From the NCBI GenBank assembly GCA_030265395.1, contig JARFYF010000059.1:13611837-13675836 (forward strand): 64,000 nucleotides of DNA, given 5' to 3'. Origin of the DNA: Rhina ancylostomus. Lineage: Eukaryota. A program made the position numbers and the translations under genes. Below, in pieces: positions 13,340 to 27,983 of the stretch; within the stretch, counting starts at the first letter, position 1, and each line of letters starts with the position of its first letter. Below the pieces are notes generated by a model that saw only the letters and a program-made list of their open reading frames with translations, had not been told where the DNA came from and searched no databases.

Positions 13340-14450
13340 GTTCCCTGATCCAGAAGATTAAGGTACATGGGATCCATGGTGACTTGGTAGACTGGATTCA
13401 AAAATGGCTTGGCCACAGAAGGCAAGAAGAGAGTAGTGGTGCAGGGGTGTTATTCTGACTGAATATCTGCAAGGTTTAGTGCTGGGACCTCTGTTGTTTA
13501 CATAAATGGTTTGGACAAAAATGTCGGTTGGTTGATTATTAAGTCTGCAGACTACACAAAAATTGGTGGAGTTGTGGATAGTGAGAAAGGTTGTTGAAGG
13601 ATACTGCAGGATACAAGTCAATTGCAAATAAGGATAAAGAAATGGAACATGGAATTTTATCCAAACAAATGAGGTGTTGCATTTTGGCAATTTAAATGTA
13701 AGAAGAAAGTATACAGTAAATGGTAGGACCCTTACAAGCACTGATGTACAGAGGGATGTTGGGGTGCAGTACCAGAGCTCCCTGAAAGTGGCAACACAAG
13801 TAGATAAGGTGGGAGAAAAAGCATATGGCATACTTGTCTTCACTGATCTGGGGAATGAGTATGAAAATTGCCAAGTCATGTTGCAGCTGTACAAAACTTT
13901 AATTAGGCCACATTTGGACTATCATATGCAGTTCTCTTAGCTGCATTACAGTAAACATGTAGAGGCTTTGGCAAGAGTGCAGAAGAGGTTCAACATGATG
14001 TTGCCTGGATTAGAGAGTATTAGCTGTAAGGAGAGGTTATACAAACTTGGATCGTTTACTCTGGAGCGTCAATGGCTTAGGGGGTGACGCGATCAAAGTA
14101 TATAAAATTATGAGAGGCATAGACAGGGTAAGGTAGTCAGGATACTTTGTCCTGGATGGAAATATCAAATATTAGAGGGCATGGAGGTGAGAGAGGGGAA
14201 GTTTAAAGAAGACACAACAGACTGTAGATGCTGGAATCTGGAAAGTTCAAAGGAGATAGAGGTAATTTTTTTTATATACAGAGTGGCAGGTGCCATAACA
14301 ACATTTAAGAAGCATTCAGACAGGCACATGAACAGACAGGGAATGCAGGGATACGTGCAGGCAGATGGAATTAGTTTAAATTGGCATCATGATCGGCACA
14401 GACATCGTGGGGCAAAGGACTTGTTCTTGTGCTGTACTATGATCAATGTA
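13340..14450 (+). mobile_element. CR1 LINE, 3' ~1.1 kb
   Basis: ORF 13674..13940 (LHFGNLN, VMLQLYKTLIRPHLDYHMQF) and a typical 3' tail ttgttcttgtgctgtactat. Confidence 0.88.
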
Positions 14451-17400
14451 ACATAAAACTTTTACAATCTTACCATTACTGACTTTCTACTCCCAGGACT
14501 ATCTGAAGCTCTAATGTAGTCAATACAGTGATCCAGCCCAGTGAAATAAATAACTTTCATTACATGGCTTCTTAAATTAGAAAGGCATCCAAGCTTTCAC
14601 AAGCTTAATGAAAAACTTAGATTAAATAGAACAATAAGAACATTGATTCACACCTCAAGCAAGAACTTATTTGATCTACACCTTTTTTTAAAAAGATTTT
14701 TTTTTAGTTTCATGTGCAGTTCTACAACAGGAGCTTTTCATAAAAAACAAAGCCCCTGCAATTAATCTTCAAGAAGAGTTCACATGCTTAATGGACTCAA
14801 AATTCCACAAATCCAGAAAGTGTGCGCTGGCCAAGGTAACCCAGCAAACATCAACTAAAGATCAAACAGACCAATGAACAGCAAGAAGGTCTTTCATCTC
14901 TACAGAGAAGGGGGATAGGTGTAGAAAATAATGGAAATATCTATGACAGGGTGGAAAGCAAGAAAGACTAAATTTTAAAGTAGTGCCCTTGGCTGAGAGA
15001 GGGTGATGAAGGTTTGTTAATCATAGCTGATTTATATAGAGTAGTAAATAGAGGGAGCTGAATGAGAACTGGGAGAGGGGGAAATAAAACCATGTTGGAA
15101 CTGTGAGACAGAGAACAATGCAGATACTAGAAAATGGAAACAAAACAGAATGCTGGAAATAGCAACAGGTTAGGCAGCATCTGCAGAGAGCGAAAACTGA
15201 GTTAATGTTATGGGTTGTTGGCTTTTCTGCAGAACTGCCTGGTTCTGACACAAATGGTGCCAAAAGCTCCATTGCCCCACCATGCCATTATGTCATTCAT
15301 TGTACATCATGCAAGTTACTGCCCAAATTATATTTGAGTTGAAGGATGTAGGAAAAACTGTTAACAACCATGCACATCTAGCATGATCTGGAACACTATT
15401 CAATCTTCAATCCATGATCTGATGCAACTTGCAGGATCCATTTTACCTGAATGATATCCTGTTTGGTTTGTCAAACATAANNNNNNNNNNNNNNNNNNNN
15501 NNNNNNNNNCAAACATAAATAATAGTTCAGAGATCAAAGTAAAGCAGAATTATGCCATGCATCAAGTCCTGCTCCAGGAATTTCTCAAATATACACACAT
15601 CAAATGATGGTAAGTACCTAAAAATGTGACACCAAGAACACTGGAAGTGCAAGCTGTTGAAAAGATGCATTAAAGGAAAAGTCAGATAAATACACAAGCA
15701 AAAATGGAAACAGATATGGAGCAACTGGGCCAATTGCCTTTTCCTGGAATTTTATGCATCTGATATCCTCCTCAGTAAACGATACTTATTTTTGGCACTG
15801 TTTATTTGAGAAAATTCTCTGCATTTATAAAATCTATTTTCAACAGAAAACTGTGAAATATGCAAGGTAAATAAACCTCCTCTATGTCAAGAATAGTTTT
15901 ATACATCCAAATGTAGATGTTCCTGAATAGAAGTTTAAATATAACATTGCTCAACCAGCACCAAAAGCTGACATTGGAGCTAGATGGCACACAGAGGTAA
16001 GAGACCAGTGCAAATTATACTTATCTAGGATACTATGTTCCAGTACTAAAATAAAAATGATTTACAATAACAGCAACAAAATGTCTCATGGCAATTTACA
16101 GGAGCATTATCAATTAAAAACTGGATCTGAGCCACAAAAGATATTACAGCAGAGTCTAAGAGATTTTAAGAAGGTAAAAAGGGTGAAGAGAGATGATTAG
16201 GGACGGAAATCCAGACATTAGGAGAGACATAATCAACCTTCCAACTCTGTTATCAGTAACAGAATGATTAATATCAGAGAAATGCTAGATGCTAATAAAG
16301 AAGGAATGCTGAGATCTCAAACACTTGTACAGTTGAAGACTGGAAGGACTGAGGCCACAGAGAGACATAAAAACAAGGACAAGAATTATACAGTTGAGGC
16401 ATTATCAAACTTGGAGCCAGGATTAGTCAACAACAACAGAAAGGTGATAGACAAATGGCATGTGATGCAAGTTAAAGCAGAGGCAGCAAAGAAATTTTGG
16501 GTGAGTCTATATAGTGTAGATGGTGGGAGGATGGTCATGGAGTGAAATGGAATACAGTAAACTCTTGTTTATCTGGTACTTATGCTTCGGCTGTCCTCAT
16601 GAAACAGGCAAAAGCATAGTTTGATTCTAGCTTGGTGGAAGTGGGCAGTCTTGGTAATGTTATATATGTGTGGCCGAATGTTCATCTTGAGATAAAATAC
16701 CATACCTATGTTATATATAGACCAGATCAGCTTCAGAGAGTTGCCACAGGGAGCAATGAAATTGGTGGTCAGAGACTGGGAACTTTGACAAGATAATAAC
16801 AACTAATACCCTATCTTCCTCGCTTCAACGGGAGCTTCACAAGCCCCTCTCTCACTGCTCCACCTGTGATCTCCTCTGCCCTCCGGCTCTTCGATCATGT
16901 GCTCACTCCTTTTCTCCACAGATGCTACCTGGCTTGTTGAGTTCCTCCAGCATCAAAGTGTTTTTCTTCTAGATTCCAGCATCTGCAGTCCTTTATTTCT
17001 CTAATACCCCATCTAATTTTTTTTCTTGAAATAAAAGCAGAACTTATTTATAAATGTTGAATATCACTAGTTAGTTCCCAAAGGTGCTTCACANNNNNNN
17101 NNNTTCAACCTTAATGTTTTTATTCCACAAGAGTTGAGTCTTGTTGAGGCACAATTACAAAGCTGGTAAGCTGCTTACATGGCAATCAAAGTAAACTTAG
17201 CAAAGTTTATCCATTCCATGTCACGGTGCTATGTGTAGCTTATACAGCTACTTAAAACATAATAATTGTCTAATACAGGAAAAAATGTAATAATTGCATT
17301 GTTTCTTAACACAAATTAAGTATACACATTAAATGGTTAATATTCTGAACATGATGATTGCTTTATACCTTCCAAAATGTATAGAAAAGCAAATATATTG

Positions 17401-20400
17401 ACTTCTGCTTTGTGTAATTAAATACTTTAATTATTGCTGTATGAAATGTAAATTTGGAAACCTCTAATCTCAAAGTGTACAGGCTACTTAATGGTCTGAA
17501 ACAAAACAAAGTGGATTTTTATTAACTGGGTTGTTTGAGGGAAGGTGGTGGGAGGTGAGAGTTGGAGAAATCTCCAACACAGCTTTGCTGTATTATACGG
17601 TGTTGGCCAAATATTTAACCAGGTGATTCAAGGGGTCTAACTTGCATTACAGCTGAAGTGAATTCTTTGAATTACTTACTAAGTAACTAGAGAATTTAGT
17701 ATTTAATCTCGTAACAGAGCAGACAAACCACGGAGGGTCTTGTAAACAAGGACAAGTATTTTAAAATTGAGGCATAGTCAGAGCAGGAATCAATGTAGGT
17801 CACCAGGTACAAGCCTAATGGATACACAGCCTTAAGAACAAAATTCAAGCATAGAAAGACAAAGCTAACCTAACAAACATCTGTCAAGGATCAAACTGAC
17901 CAGTGGATAGTAAAAAATGAGTTTTGTAGAGCCTCATCTTATGCAATAAAAAAATTACTTAATAAATTTCACAACATCAACAGCAAGGGGACAGTTTAGA
18001 AGTAACCATGGCATGGATAGGGTCTAAGAAGCAGATGAACCAAGGCTAGGGCAGAATCTCCACACTATGTCAAGGTCAAATAGAAAATGTGAAATTGGTT
18101 CAGATTTTGATGATTTCCTTGAATTGGAATGGCGACCAGGAAGTTGAATTTATGCAGAGAACCCAAGACTCTTATGCAAGCTGTTAGAACTTTTTGCTTA
18201 TCCAATACTAGGTCAGGAAAACCATGAGACAGTCAGATTGGAGTGTGAGAGATAGTGCTATATCTTACATGTACATGTAAAAACCTTGTGTTTGTCTGAG
18301 CCATCACTGGTAGATGAGAAACAGAAGGAGGCCAATGATAGACTATGGGGTCAGCTGAGGGGGGAAGAGATCATCTGGCTATAATACTGTAAATAAAAAG
18401 GGAACTAAGGAGAGAGAACACAGGAGTGGTGTTGGATAGAGTGGTCAACTGTGTCAAAGGCAGGAAATGACTCAAAAAGCACGAGGAGAAATGTTTGCCC
18501 AAATATCATTTGTGACTTTGGTATCTCTTTCAATACCGTGACAAATTCAAAGGATTCAAACAGAATTGGAGGAAAGATGGTATGGATCTGGGGAGCAACA
18601 ATACATGCAAGGGCTTTCATTTGAAATATATACTACAGCATGCAAGCACAGAAAATCATCTATTCAAATTCATATTCTTTATTCCAAACTGCCATCCCTA
18701 GATCCTCTCTTCATAATCTGTATGCAAAGACCTTGTACACATGCAATTATCCAAAATCTTATCCTCCACCTTCACATGTGTCTACCTTCCAGTCCTTCTT
18801 ACATTGAGTATTCAAATATTCACGTCTTGAATTAACGGAGAAAATAAGTGCCTAATTTTTGTGCAAATTTGCCCACCATCAGCAATTAAATGAATGAACC
18901 TACCATTAGGCACCTACCATTGTTTCTTTTTTTTCCAAAAGTACCATTTAATGTCCCAGCTGAAAGACAGCAAGATTGTACTTTCTATACATATTCAATG
19001 AATATTTTCTTTTCTTTTTAACGTGTAAAATAGAAACTTAAATCATACTGTGGTAGAAAGGAAGTGTGTGTGAAACATCTCTTTACTGTACCTAGTTAGA
19101 ACATCAAGAACACATAGTATTCAGGTGAATCAAGGTTTGAGGGTGGAATGTAATTGGAACAGCACATCCAGACGTAATAAAATCCTTATCTAAATTCACA
19201 CATTCTGACTCATGTTTACATTTTTTTTAACTTTATGTTGGGTCAGATCATCTGCTGAGATCCACCCAGACCTTCCACAGATGTGCTTTATCTGCAGCAC
19301 AGACTGTAGCACAGCCTCTCTCTCAATGGACTACAAGCCCAAAAGACTTGTGCTGCACCAACAGACTGACGCAATATCAACTTTTGCAGATTTTCCAGCT
19401 CTTAGGCTGAGAAATCTGTCCACTGAACCTATGCCAGGTTAACCTTGGCACAACTACAGTGTGTCCATTGAAATGAATGGGAGAAATTAGCTTCAGAAAG
19501 AAAGGTATATTGAACTTTTTATTGATTTAATTTACATTAAATGTTTTTAATTGTTTTAAGTGCATGTCTGTGTTTTATTAAAGTCTTCCTATTTTAAACT
19601 TTTATATAATTCTAATATTTTTAATTATGTTTACTTAACAATCAGAATCATTAGATCAACAAAGTGACCACTTGCAATAGGAGAGTCTTTGCATTGAACC
19701 AAGATCCTACAGCAGTGAGCTGTGCTCCAAATCACAAGGGAAGAAACAGCTTGATCCAGGGGAAAGGCACCATAGATTGTGAAGCTGTGCAAGATCAACC
19801 CCATTACTCTTTTTGCTAAAAAACAGAATAGGCTGTGAAAATTTATCAGGCCAGGTAGCATCTATGGAGAAAGGGAGTTAACACATGAGATCGATATTGT
19901 TTCTATTATGTGCTGTACGAATGGAACTTCAGATCAAAAGGTCACTGACTTGAAATATTAACTCTATTTCTCTTTACAGTTGCTGACTGGCCTACTAGTC
20001 ACTCCAGCATTATTTTGCTTTAGTATCCAGTGTTTTGCTTATGTACACTGTACAGCATTGACATTGACTGGAGGTTAGCAACTTATTTGATTTACAAATT
20101 AAGTTACTGTAACTGCATTGTTCTACACCTTAAGCTACAGCTTGTTCAGGCAGTTTTCATAATTTATATCGTCAGAAAATTAAACCATCTTTAAACTGCA
20201 AGGTTTTCAATATCTTGGCAGCCGAATTATATGATGCTATACGTACAGAGTTAATGATTGTGCCATTTTCTCTATCCGTCCCTGATGCCTTCATGTTGCT
20301 GTTTCCATCCATCTGTCTTTTTTGCCTCCCAATAACTTTTTTTTTTGATTCTTTCTCTTCTAAACTAGTACTGAGTCACCAAATATAGCAGGTTGTGTTG

Positions 20401-21704
20401 GTGGTTTGTGAGTAAAAGGCTCTTCTCCAAGTGCCACCCCTAATAATTGTGCTTGTCCATAATGCCATAATTTCACTATGCTTTCTATCCTATTGTTCAC
20501 TGCCCATTTGTATCATGTCCCTCAGAATAACCTGCTCAATCTCACTACCCAACTCTTCTCTCTGTATTGCTCACTCACATCAACCTACCACATATCTGAT
20601 GTTCTCAGCAATCTGTGGCACAGGCAAGAATTCCCTCACTATTCACTTTTATTCTTCTTAGTTTATTCTACATTCAAAATACAGATTATTTCAAAAAAAC
20701 TGTCAGAGGAATGAAGAGATAATTTACCCCTCTCCTTTTGTATCTTTCTCTCTATCTCTCCCATCCTGCCCCCCCGATTGAATTTAAAATCTTTGTCATG
20801 GGTGTAAACTAATGTATGGATCTTTACTTAACAGTCAACAAAATATAGGCATAGCAATTAGTTGATTGAAGTAAAATTATATAAAGCAAAATACAAACAT
20901 TCTGTTCTTCATTCCCCTTTAATTTTCACCTTTTTCCAACTCTGACCAATTACTTTCATCTTTTAACAATGCTCTCTTTTTAAAATGAATGCTTTGGAAT
21001 TTTACATCAGCAGTGCTTCTGGAATTTATCCATTAGCTTTCTTCAAATAAGTTTAGAGAACTTATGCAAAAAAAATGGTAGAAACTAAAACAAAATCCAT
21101 CTGTACAGCTGACACAGTATCAATGTGTCCTGGGAATCCTCCACACACACTGCACATCCAAGATGATGCAATTCTAATTCAGCTCACAGCACCATGGCTC
21201 TGGGGGCAAGTTATCAGCTCCAAATCTGAGAGACTGTCCTTTAAGAAATATCTTTATTCAAAGTATAAATTTCATATTATGATTTAAAAAATTTAATATA
21301 TTAGCTACTTTCTTATTAGATATCAAAAATTTCATTTTCTGGGGGGAAAATAATGATAGCTAGAAAAGAATCATTGGGGGATCTTAACAGCCAGACTCTT
21401 GGTGATGTTGCCAAAATGAACAGTCAAAATGATAAGGTTTATACAGACTCTTTCCATAATATGTATGGACATGGAAATTCATTACGAAAATATTATAAAA
21501 ACTGTAAAAACAGGAATTCAAGTGATACATACAAGTAGTGCCACCAGTTACAAGCATAGATATTAAATAAATTTGACAAAAATGGCACGTTTTAGACACT
21601 TTAGTTTGCTTTAATGTGAAGTCATTTCATGCAGTCTTTAAGCCTTTTTCTTTTTTCAACGAAAGGCAGAAAGAAAAAAATAATAAATAGGGGATTAATA
21701 CAAG

Positions 21705-22410
21705 ACCATAAAACATAGGAGCAGAATTAGGCCATTCGGCCCATTGAGGTGCTCCACCATCATGGCTGATTTATTTTTCCCTCTCAACCCCATTCTTCTG
21801 CCTTCTCCCCTTAACCTTTGATGCCCTTACTGATGAAGAACCTATCAACCTCTGCTTTAAATATTCCCAATGACTTGGACTCCACAGCTGTCCATGGCAA
21901 TGAATTCCACAGATTCACCACCCTCTAGCTAAAGAAATTCCTCCTCATTTCTGCTCTAAAGGGACGTCCTTCTATTCTGAGGCTGTGCCCTCTGGTCCTA
22001 GACACTCCCACTACTGGATACATCCTCTCCACATCCACTCTATCCAGGTTTTTCAATATTCGGTGGGTTTGAAATGAGATCCCCCTTCATCCTTCTAAAC
22101 TTCAGCAAGTACAGGCCCAGAGCCAAATGAGTCTCGTGCATTAACCCTTTCATCCTTGGGATCATTCTCTTATACCTCCTCTGGACCCTCTCCAATGCCA
22201 GCACATCCTTCTTTAGATTTGGGTCCAAACCTGCTCACAATACACCAAATGTGGTCTGACCAACGCCTTATAAAACCTCAGCATTACATCTTTGCTTTTG
22301 TATTCTAGTCCTCTTGAAATGAATGCTGACATTGCATTTGCCTTCCGTACTAACGGCCCAACCTGCAAGTTAACCTTTAGGGAATCCTGCATGAGTCCCT
22401 TTGCACCTTG
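21705..22410 (-). mobile_element. CR1 LINE 3' fragment
   Basis: ORFs 22213..22437 (RGLEYKSKDVMLRFYKALVRPHLVYC) and 22040..22228 (KDVLALERVQRR). Confidence 0.92.
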
Positions 22411-23149
22411 ATATAAATATATATGATTTTGCAGCACCCATTTTTCTGGGGTGATATTTTGTTCCTATACTAGTGAACATAGCTTTGAAAGAAAACATCA
22501 AATTTTCACTTTATCACAATCTGGATTGCTCTTCCCTTTTATTGGGGGGAGAAAGGACAAACCTGAGACTCCAAAAGTTCATCGTTAAGTTGGAGATTTG
22601 GAATTGGAGGATGGGGGAAAAGTGAATTTGTTTGTTACATGAGAAAATTCAAAAAACTACAAAAGCCAAAACAGACAAAGGAAAGGTAAAAGAAAGTGAA
22701 AGGTAAATTTTGCAACTTAGGAAAATAAAAGTGAAAATGAATGAATCAACCTCATTAGACTAATGAGTTCATTTACCAACTTTGATCAATGAACCTTAGA
22801 ATTGTGCTTCCAACCAAGTGGAATCTAGGTTAATTTGGTGTTAGGGAACATTTGATAGAAGGTTAGCACAGCTCCTCTGCAAGTTATAACTATAAATATA
22901 AATAATTTCTGTGATGTATATTTCACAGGGCCAAGTTAATTCCAATGGTTGGAGCGAGCAAGAATAGATAGGATCTCTGACAGTATTGTGATGTTTACTG
23001 CAGATACAAGCAGTTCATCTGTCATGGCAAGTCAATTTTATTTGTAAAAGCACAATAGTAGGTCAAAAATAACATACATGAAGTACTCCTAAAGACATAA
23101 TTCCTTCAGAAATGTGTGACCTAAAGAATAGAAGCTGGATGAACAGGAG

Positions 23150-24960
23150 ACCTAGAAAGTCACTAATAATCATTCTTCTACACTGTCAAGACTATATATT
23201 GCCCAAGCACCCAAGAACCCACCTCCACAGTCAAAAACGTTGGCGAGCACAAGAAAGATAGAAGGTTTCTGTTGGAAGGAGTACTTTGAGGAACTCCTCA
23301 ACTGCAACTCTTTCCTTGACTCAACTATCCTTGACACAAGTGACCTGAACTCCAAATCACCACAAATTATACAATCCAGGCCCACTGCCACACCAGGCCG
23401 AATTCAATACAAGGCCATAAATCAATGAAAAAAAGTTCTGAAACCTGGTGAAGAGGAACTTCAGGGATAAAAAGAGATTTTCATTGTCAGAGGACTTCAC
23501 GGCTGCCAATATTGTGACCATCTGCGAGATGAGAGGAAATCTGATTCTGGTAACTACATCTCCCTATCATCCACGGTAGGAAAATCATCACATGGCTCCT
23601 CCTTCCAGTGACTGTAGGGTTGCATCCTGAATTGTAGTGTGGATTCTGTCTATTGAGAGGCATGATAGACATGATCTGTGTTGCCAGGCAACTGCAAGAA
23701 AAAACGATGTACATGGTCTTTTTTGACCTCACAAAATCCTTCAACTCCATGAACTGAGGGACCACAATATACTCTCCTCAGATTTGACTCCCTGCAGAAA
23801 TTTGTCAGCTACACAATGGCAAGCCACTGTCTAAAACAATGTGCTCACGATAGCCCCAAACTTAGTACAGACTGATGTCAAGCAGAGCCATATCACTGCC
23901 CCAACACTTTTCACAATCTTTCTCACTGCATTACTGAACCTTACCTGCAACAAGCTTCCTGTTGGAGAGGATCTAATCCATAGGACAAATGGAAACAGTT
24001 TTACTTACATCGCCTTGACTTCAGGTCACTCCAACCTCAGTCAGAGCAGAACTATACATACACACACACTCACAAAGGTGCAATTGTAGACCAAGCTCCA
24101 AATCATTGTTGATTTCTTCACTTAAGCACATAACAAACCCTAAATTAAGGTGGAATAAGTACACCATCTTCCAAACAATCCACAAAACAAAGATTCTCTT
24201 CCAACCCCCATCAACTGCCCCCGACTATAAAGCTCCATGACAAGACCCTGCAAAACATGAACCATTTCCCAAATCTGGCAAACCATCTGTCAAAGGCAAA
24301 CAATGATGAAGTTTACCATTGCCTTCAATATGCCATTGCAGCCTTTGGCTATTAAGAAAAAGTGTGATTGAAGTTCAGTATCTTAAATCATGGCACAAAG
24401 CTCCCCACCCTCCTGTATAGTTCTGAGACACAATCTAGGCACAGCAAGCACCTCAAAGCACTGGAGAGGTACTCCATGCTGTCTTGCAAAATTTTCCTTA
24501 TCAACTGCAGGTTAAGTGAATCATGCCAACCTCCGCAGTTTCATGACACTAATTACAATCAGTTGACTCCGAAGGGCATGCCACATTATTTGCATGCCTG
24601 ATGCCAGGCTCCCCCTGAAACTAGCAGCCTTTTCCAAACTCCACCTTGGCAAGATTACCAAATGGACAGAGAAAATAATTCAATAATGTTCTCATAATTT
24701 CCTTGAGAAAATGTAACAACCCCCAACAACTAGAAAGGCTCCCTGGACCTAAACCTCCCAGATAGAGAAGGAGCATTTAGGGTAGCAGCAAGATTCCTGA
24801 ATTCCTAATTGGGAGATTGCAAATATCCAGCACAAATGATTGATGCAGAGCACCACCTCCCATTTTAAGAACCTCGTCTGTTCAACCTGTGGCAGAGACT
24901 GCAGGTCCAATATTGTTTGCATAGCTACCTCAGAATCCACAAAACTGAAGTGGAAGCTGG
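23150..24960 (+). mobile_element. Decayed RTE-clade LINE
   Basis: VKQSHITAPTLFTIFL (cf. GVKQGCVIAPTLF), PTLLYSSET, ttttttgacctcacaaaatccttc (FFDLTKSF), C-terminal CSTCGRDCRS. Confidence 0.8.
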
Positions 24961-26664
24961 GTGACTTACTAGAAGAATGCACAAGACAACAAAAAGCTAT
25001 TCATTATAATAGCACAACAGTAATAACACTCACTATTTCCCCCAAAAAGTTATCTGTGAGGGGGCCAATAAGGGAAATTGAGTAATAAAAATAAAATCTA
25101 ATTTGTGGAATAAAACAGGAATGTATCCATGGAAATGCACGCATATATTTTGCATCATTTGATTTTTCACTAAAAGCTGTATAAATTATTGTGCGTAACA
25201 CATCAATTTTTACTTAACAATACTAAAGAAAATTCAAAAGAAATTCACAGATTCAGAAATAACCTGCAAAGTTTTCCTAAATTATAACATGCACAGCTGT
25301 TAGAAATCTCTCAAAGACTGTTAATCTCTGAAGTCATTCCCAGAGAGCACAGCCACTCTCCTCCGCGTCTGCTCCACTTCATTGGGGCGGCAGCAACATC
25401 TGCAAGTTAACTGACAGGCTCTTCACAGTCAATGCTGAGAATGTAAACCCTCTTCCCCCAGGCTAACCGCAGACTCCTGCCAGTCACATGTGTCCTCCCC
25501 TCTATCCTTTCCCCCGCACCACAAGGACTCTAAAGGAGGAAATGAAGCTCATATTACCAATGTGACATGTCCAGCAGCCAAGCCAAACTGGATATTTCCA
25601 GTTCAAACTAGCTGAGAAGCCAAATAAGCAGTTTTGCTATATTCAGATACAAGCTTTTCAACTCATGCCACATGGAATATTTTGCCAAAATAAGCCATCT
25701 TTAGATGTTATTCAGTTATACAACATTATAAATCTGTTCTTCAATTAGTAGTATTCCACTTTCACTCATAGACACTTCAAAATAAAATAAAATCAACACT
25801 CTTAAGTTGACTTTGCCAGAGCACAGCTCTTCATACAGAGATAAAGACTAATTGCTTCACAAAAATCAATTGCTTCCCTTTGTCTGTAGGTCACTAAGTC
25901 AACCCTCAATGACAAACGTTTGATAAATCTTTTCATTTTTTTAAAAAAGACTTTTGGTTCAATCACAGCATATCAATGCATGTATAGAAGAAATAAAACT
26001 ATGCTCAAGCTGTTTTGTTCCTTTGCAACAAACAGCCTCATTTTTTTCTACACAATTCAAGTGATGCTATCATTTGACAATGATCTACCTGAGCTTTTAT
26101 GTTTACTGTTTAAATGAGTCACCAGGCACTTAGACATAGTCCCTCTCAAAGCAATACGGGTTCTTGATTATGTACTACACATTTAGTGTCATAATAAAAC
26201 CTATATAGATTCAAATTGGACAAAGCTCTCAAAATACACTGGCTGAGTTGAACGGTTAAATCAGAGCAGAAAAAAAAAATTTCCAGCCATCTGAGCTGAT
26301 AACCCCTATAGCCAAGAGCCTGAGCTAACTAATCTGTACCCTGCAACATCTGTGGTTCTCAAAAATAATTTTCAATCAAGTCTTCATTGAAGCTGTTTTC
26401 TAATTATAAAATATTCTTGAAATAAAAGGGATAAGAACATAACAAATGGAAATAAGAGTAGAAAATTCAGCCCTTTTGCTAGCTCTGCCATTCAATAAGA
26501 TATTGGCTGGTTCCCTTAACTCTCGATTTCCTTAGTATCTAAAAATCTCAGTTTCATTCATAAGCACCCACAACAGCAGAGTTTTGTTTGTAATGTGCCT
26601 TTTAAACAGTTTGTATAAAAACAAATAAGGAATGTGCATCACCATTGCTTTTATAAACAAAGTG

Positions 26665-26972
26665 GTGCAGCGGAGGCTGAGGGAAGGGGAGATCAGATAG
26701 AAGTTTATAAAATTATGAGAGCCGTGGATGAAGTAGACAGCCAATATCTTTTTCCCAAGGTCAAAATGTCTGATACTAAAGGGCATGCATTTAAGGCAAG
26801 AGGGGGAAAGTTCAAAGAAATATGTGGGGCACATGAATATCCAGAGGATGGAGGGATATGGACCATGTGCATGCAGCAGAGATTAGTATAATTAAGCATC
26901 ATTAGCTTAATTAATTTAGCACAACATTGTGGGCCGAAGGGCCTGTTCCTGTGCTGTACTGTTCTATGTTCT
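26665..26972 (+). mobile_element. CR1 LINE 3' end
   Basis: RGDQIEVYKIMR...KGHAFKARGGKF and tail gggccgaagggcctgttcctgtgctgtactgttctatgttcta. Confidence 0.88.
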
Positions 26973-27159
26973 AAATCAAAATTACAAAGCCAGTTGCTTT
27001 GCAATCCAGGAGAACAAATTTACTTAGCTGATATGCTAAATGGCCGCATATCAGTTTCATTATAGTATAAGTTTACAAACCAACTGATATTTGCACATTT
27101 AATTAAGGAAATGTCAACAAAGGAGAGAAGAACTAAATGAAAAGACTTGATCAGCAAAA

Positions 27160-27828
27160 GTTCCCTGAAAGTGGTGTCATAGGTAGACAGGGTGGAGAAG
27201 GTGACCTTTGGCACACTGGCCTTCATCAATCAGGGCACTGAGCATAGGAGTTGGGATGTTATGTTGCAGTTGTACTAGATATTGGTGAGGTCGCACTAGG
27301 AGTACCGTGCATAGTTTTGGTTACCCTGTTATAGAAAAGATGTAAGTAAGCTGGAAACAGTGCAGGAAGACNNNNNNNNNNNNNNNNNNNNNNNNNNNNN
27401 NNNNNNNNNNNNNNNNNNNNNNNNNNNNNNNNNNNNGGAGACGGAGGTGTACGAGGGTGTATAGAGGTGTATAAAATCATGAGTGGCATAGATAGGGAGG
27501 ATGCACAGTCTTTTACCCCAGGAAAAGTGAATCAAAAACTATAGGGCACAAGTTTAAGGAGTGAGGGGAAAGATTTAAAAGTGACCCGAGGTGCAAATTC
27601 TTCACACAGATGGTGGTGTGCATATGCAACAAGCTACCAGAGGAAGTAGTTGAGGCAGGTACAATAACAATATTTAAAAGACACTTGGACACGTACAAGG
27701 ATAAGAAAGGTTTAGACAGATATGGACCAAACGCAGACAAATGGAACCAGCTTAGATGGGCATTTTGGTCGCCACGAATGCGTTGGGCTGCAGGGCCTGT
27801 TCCCATGCTGTATTGCTCTATGATTCTA
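27160..27828 (+). mobile_element. CR1 LINE 3' fragment containing an assembly gap
   Basis: NKLPEEVVEAGTITIFKRHLD and tail gggcctgttcccatgctgtattgctctatgattcta. Confidence 0.88.
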
Positions 27829-27983
27829 AAATGCATTGTTAGTTGTTAAGGTTTTAATTCTGCTAACAAAAGCGCTAAATATCTATTACAATTTTACTTC
27901 CTGGTGGCAAATCTGTACATTGTTTTGTTTTCATCCTCATACTAGTTTGTTCTGCAAATGCAAGCTTCATTCCTTGTTAAAAG

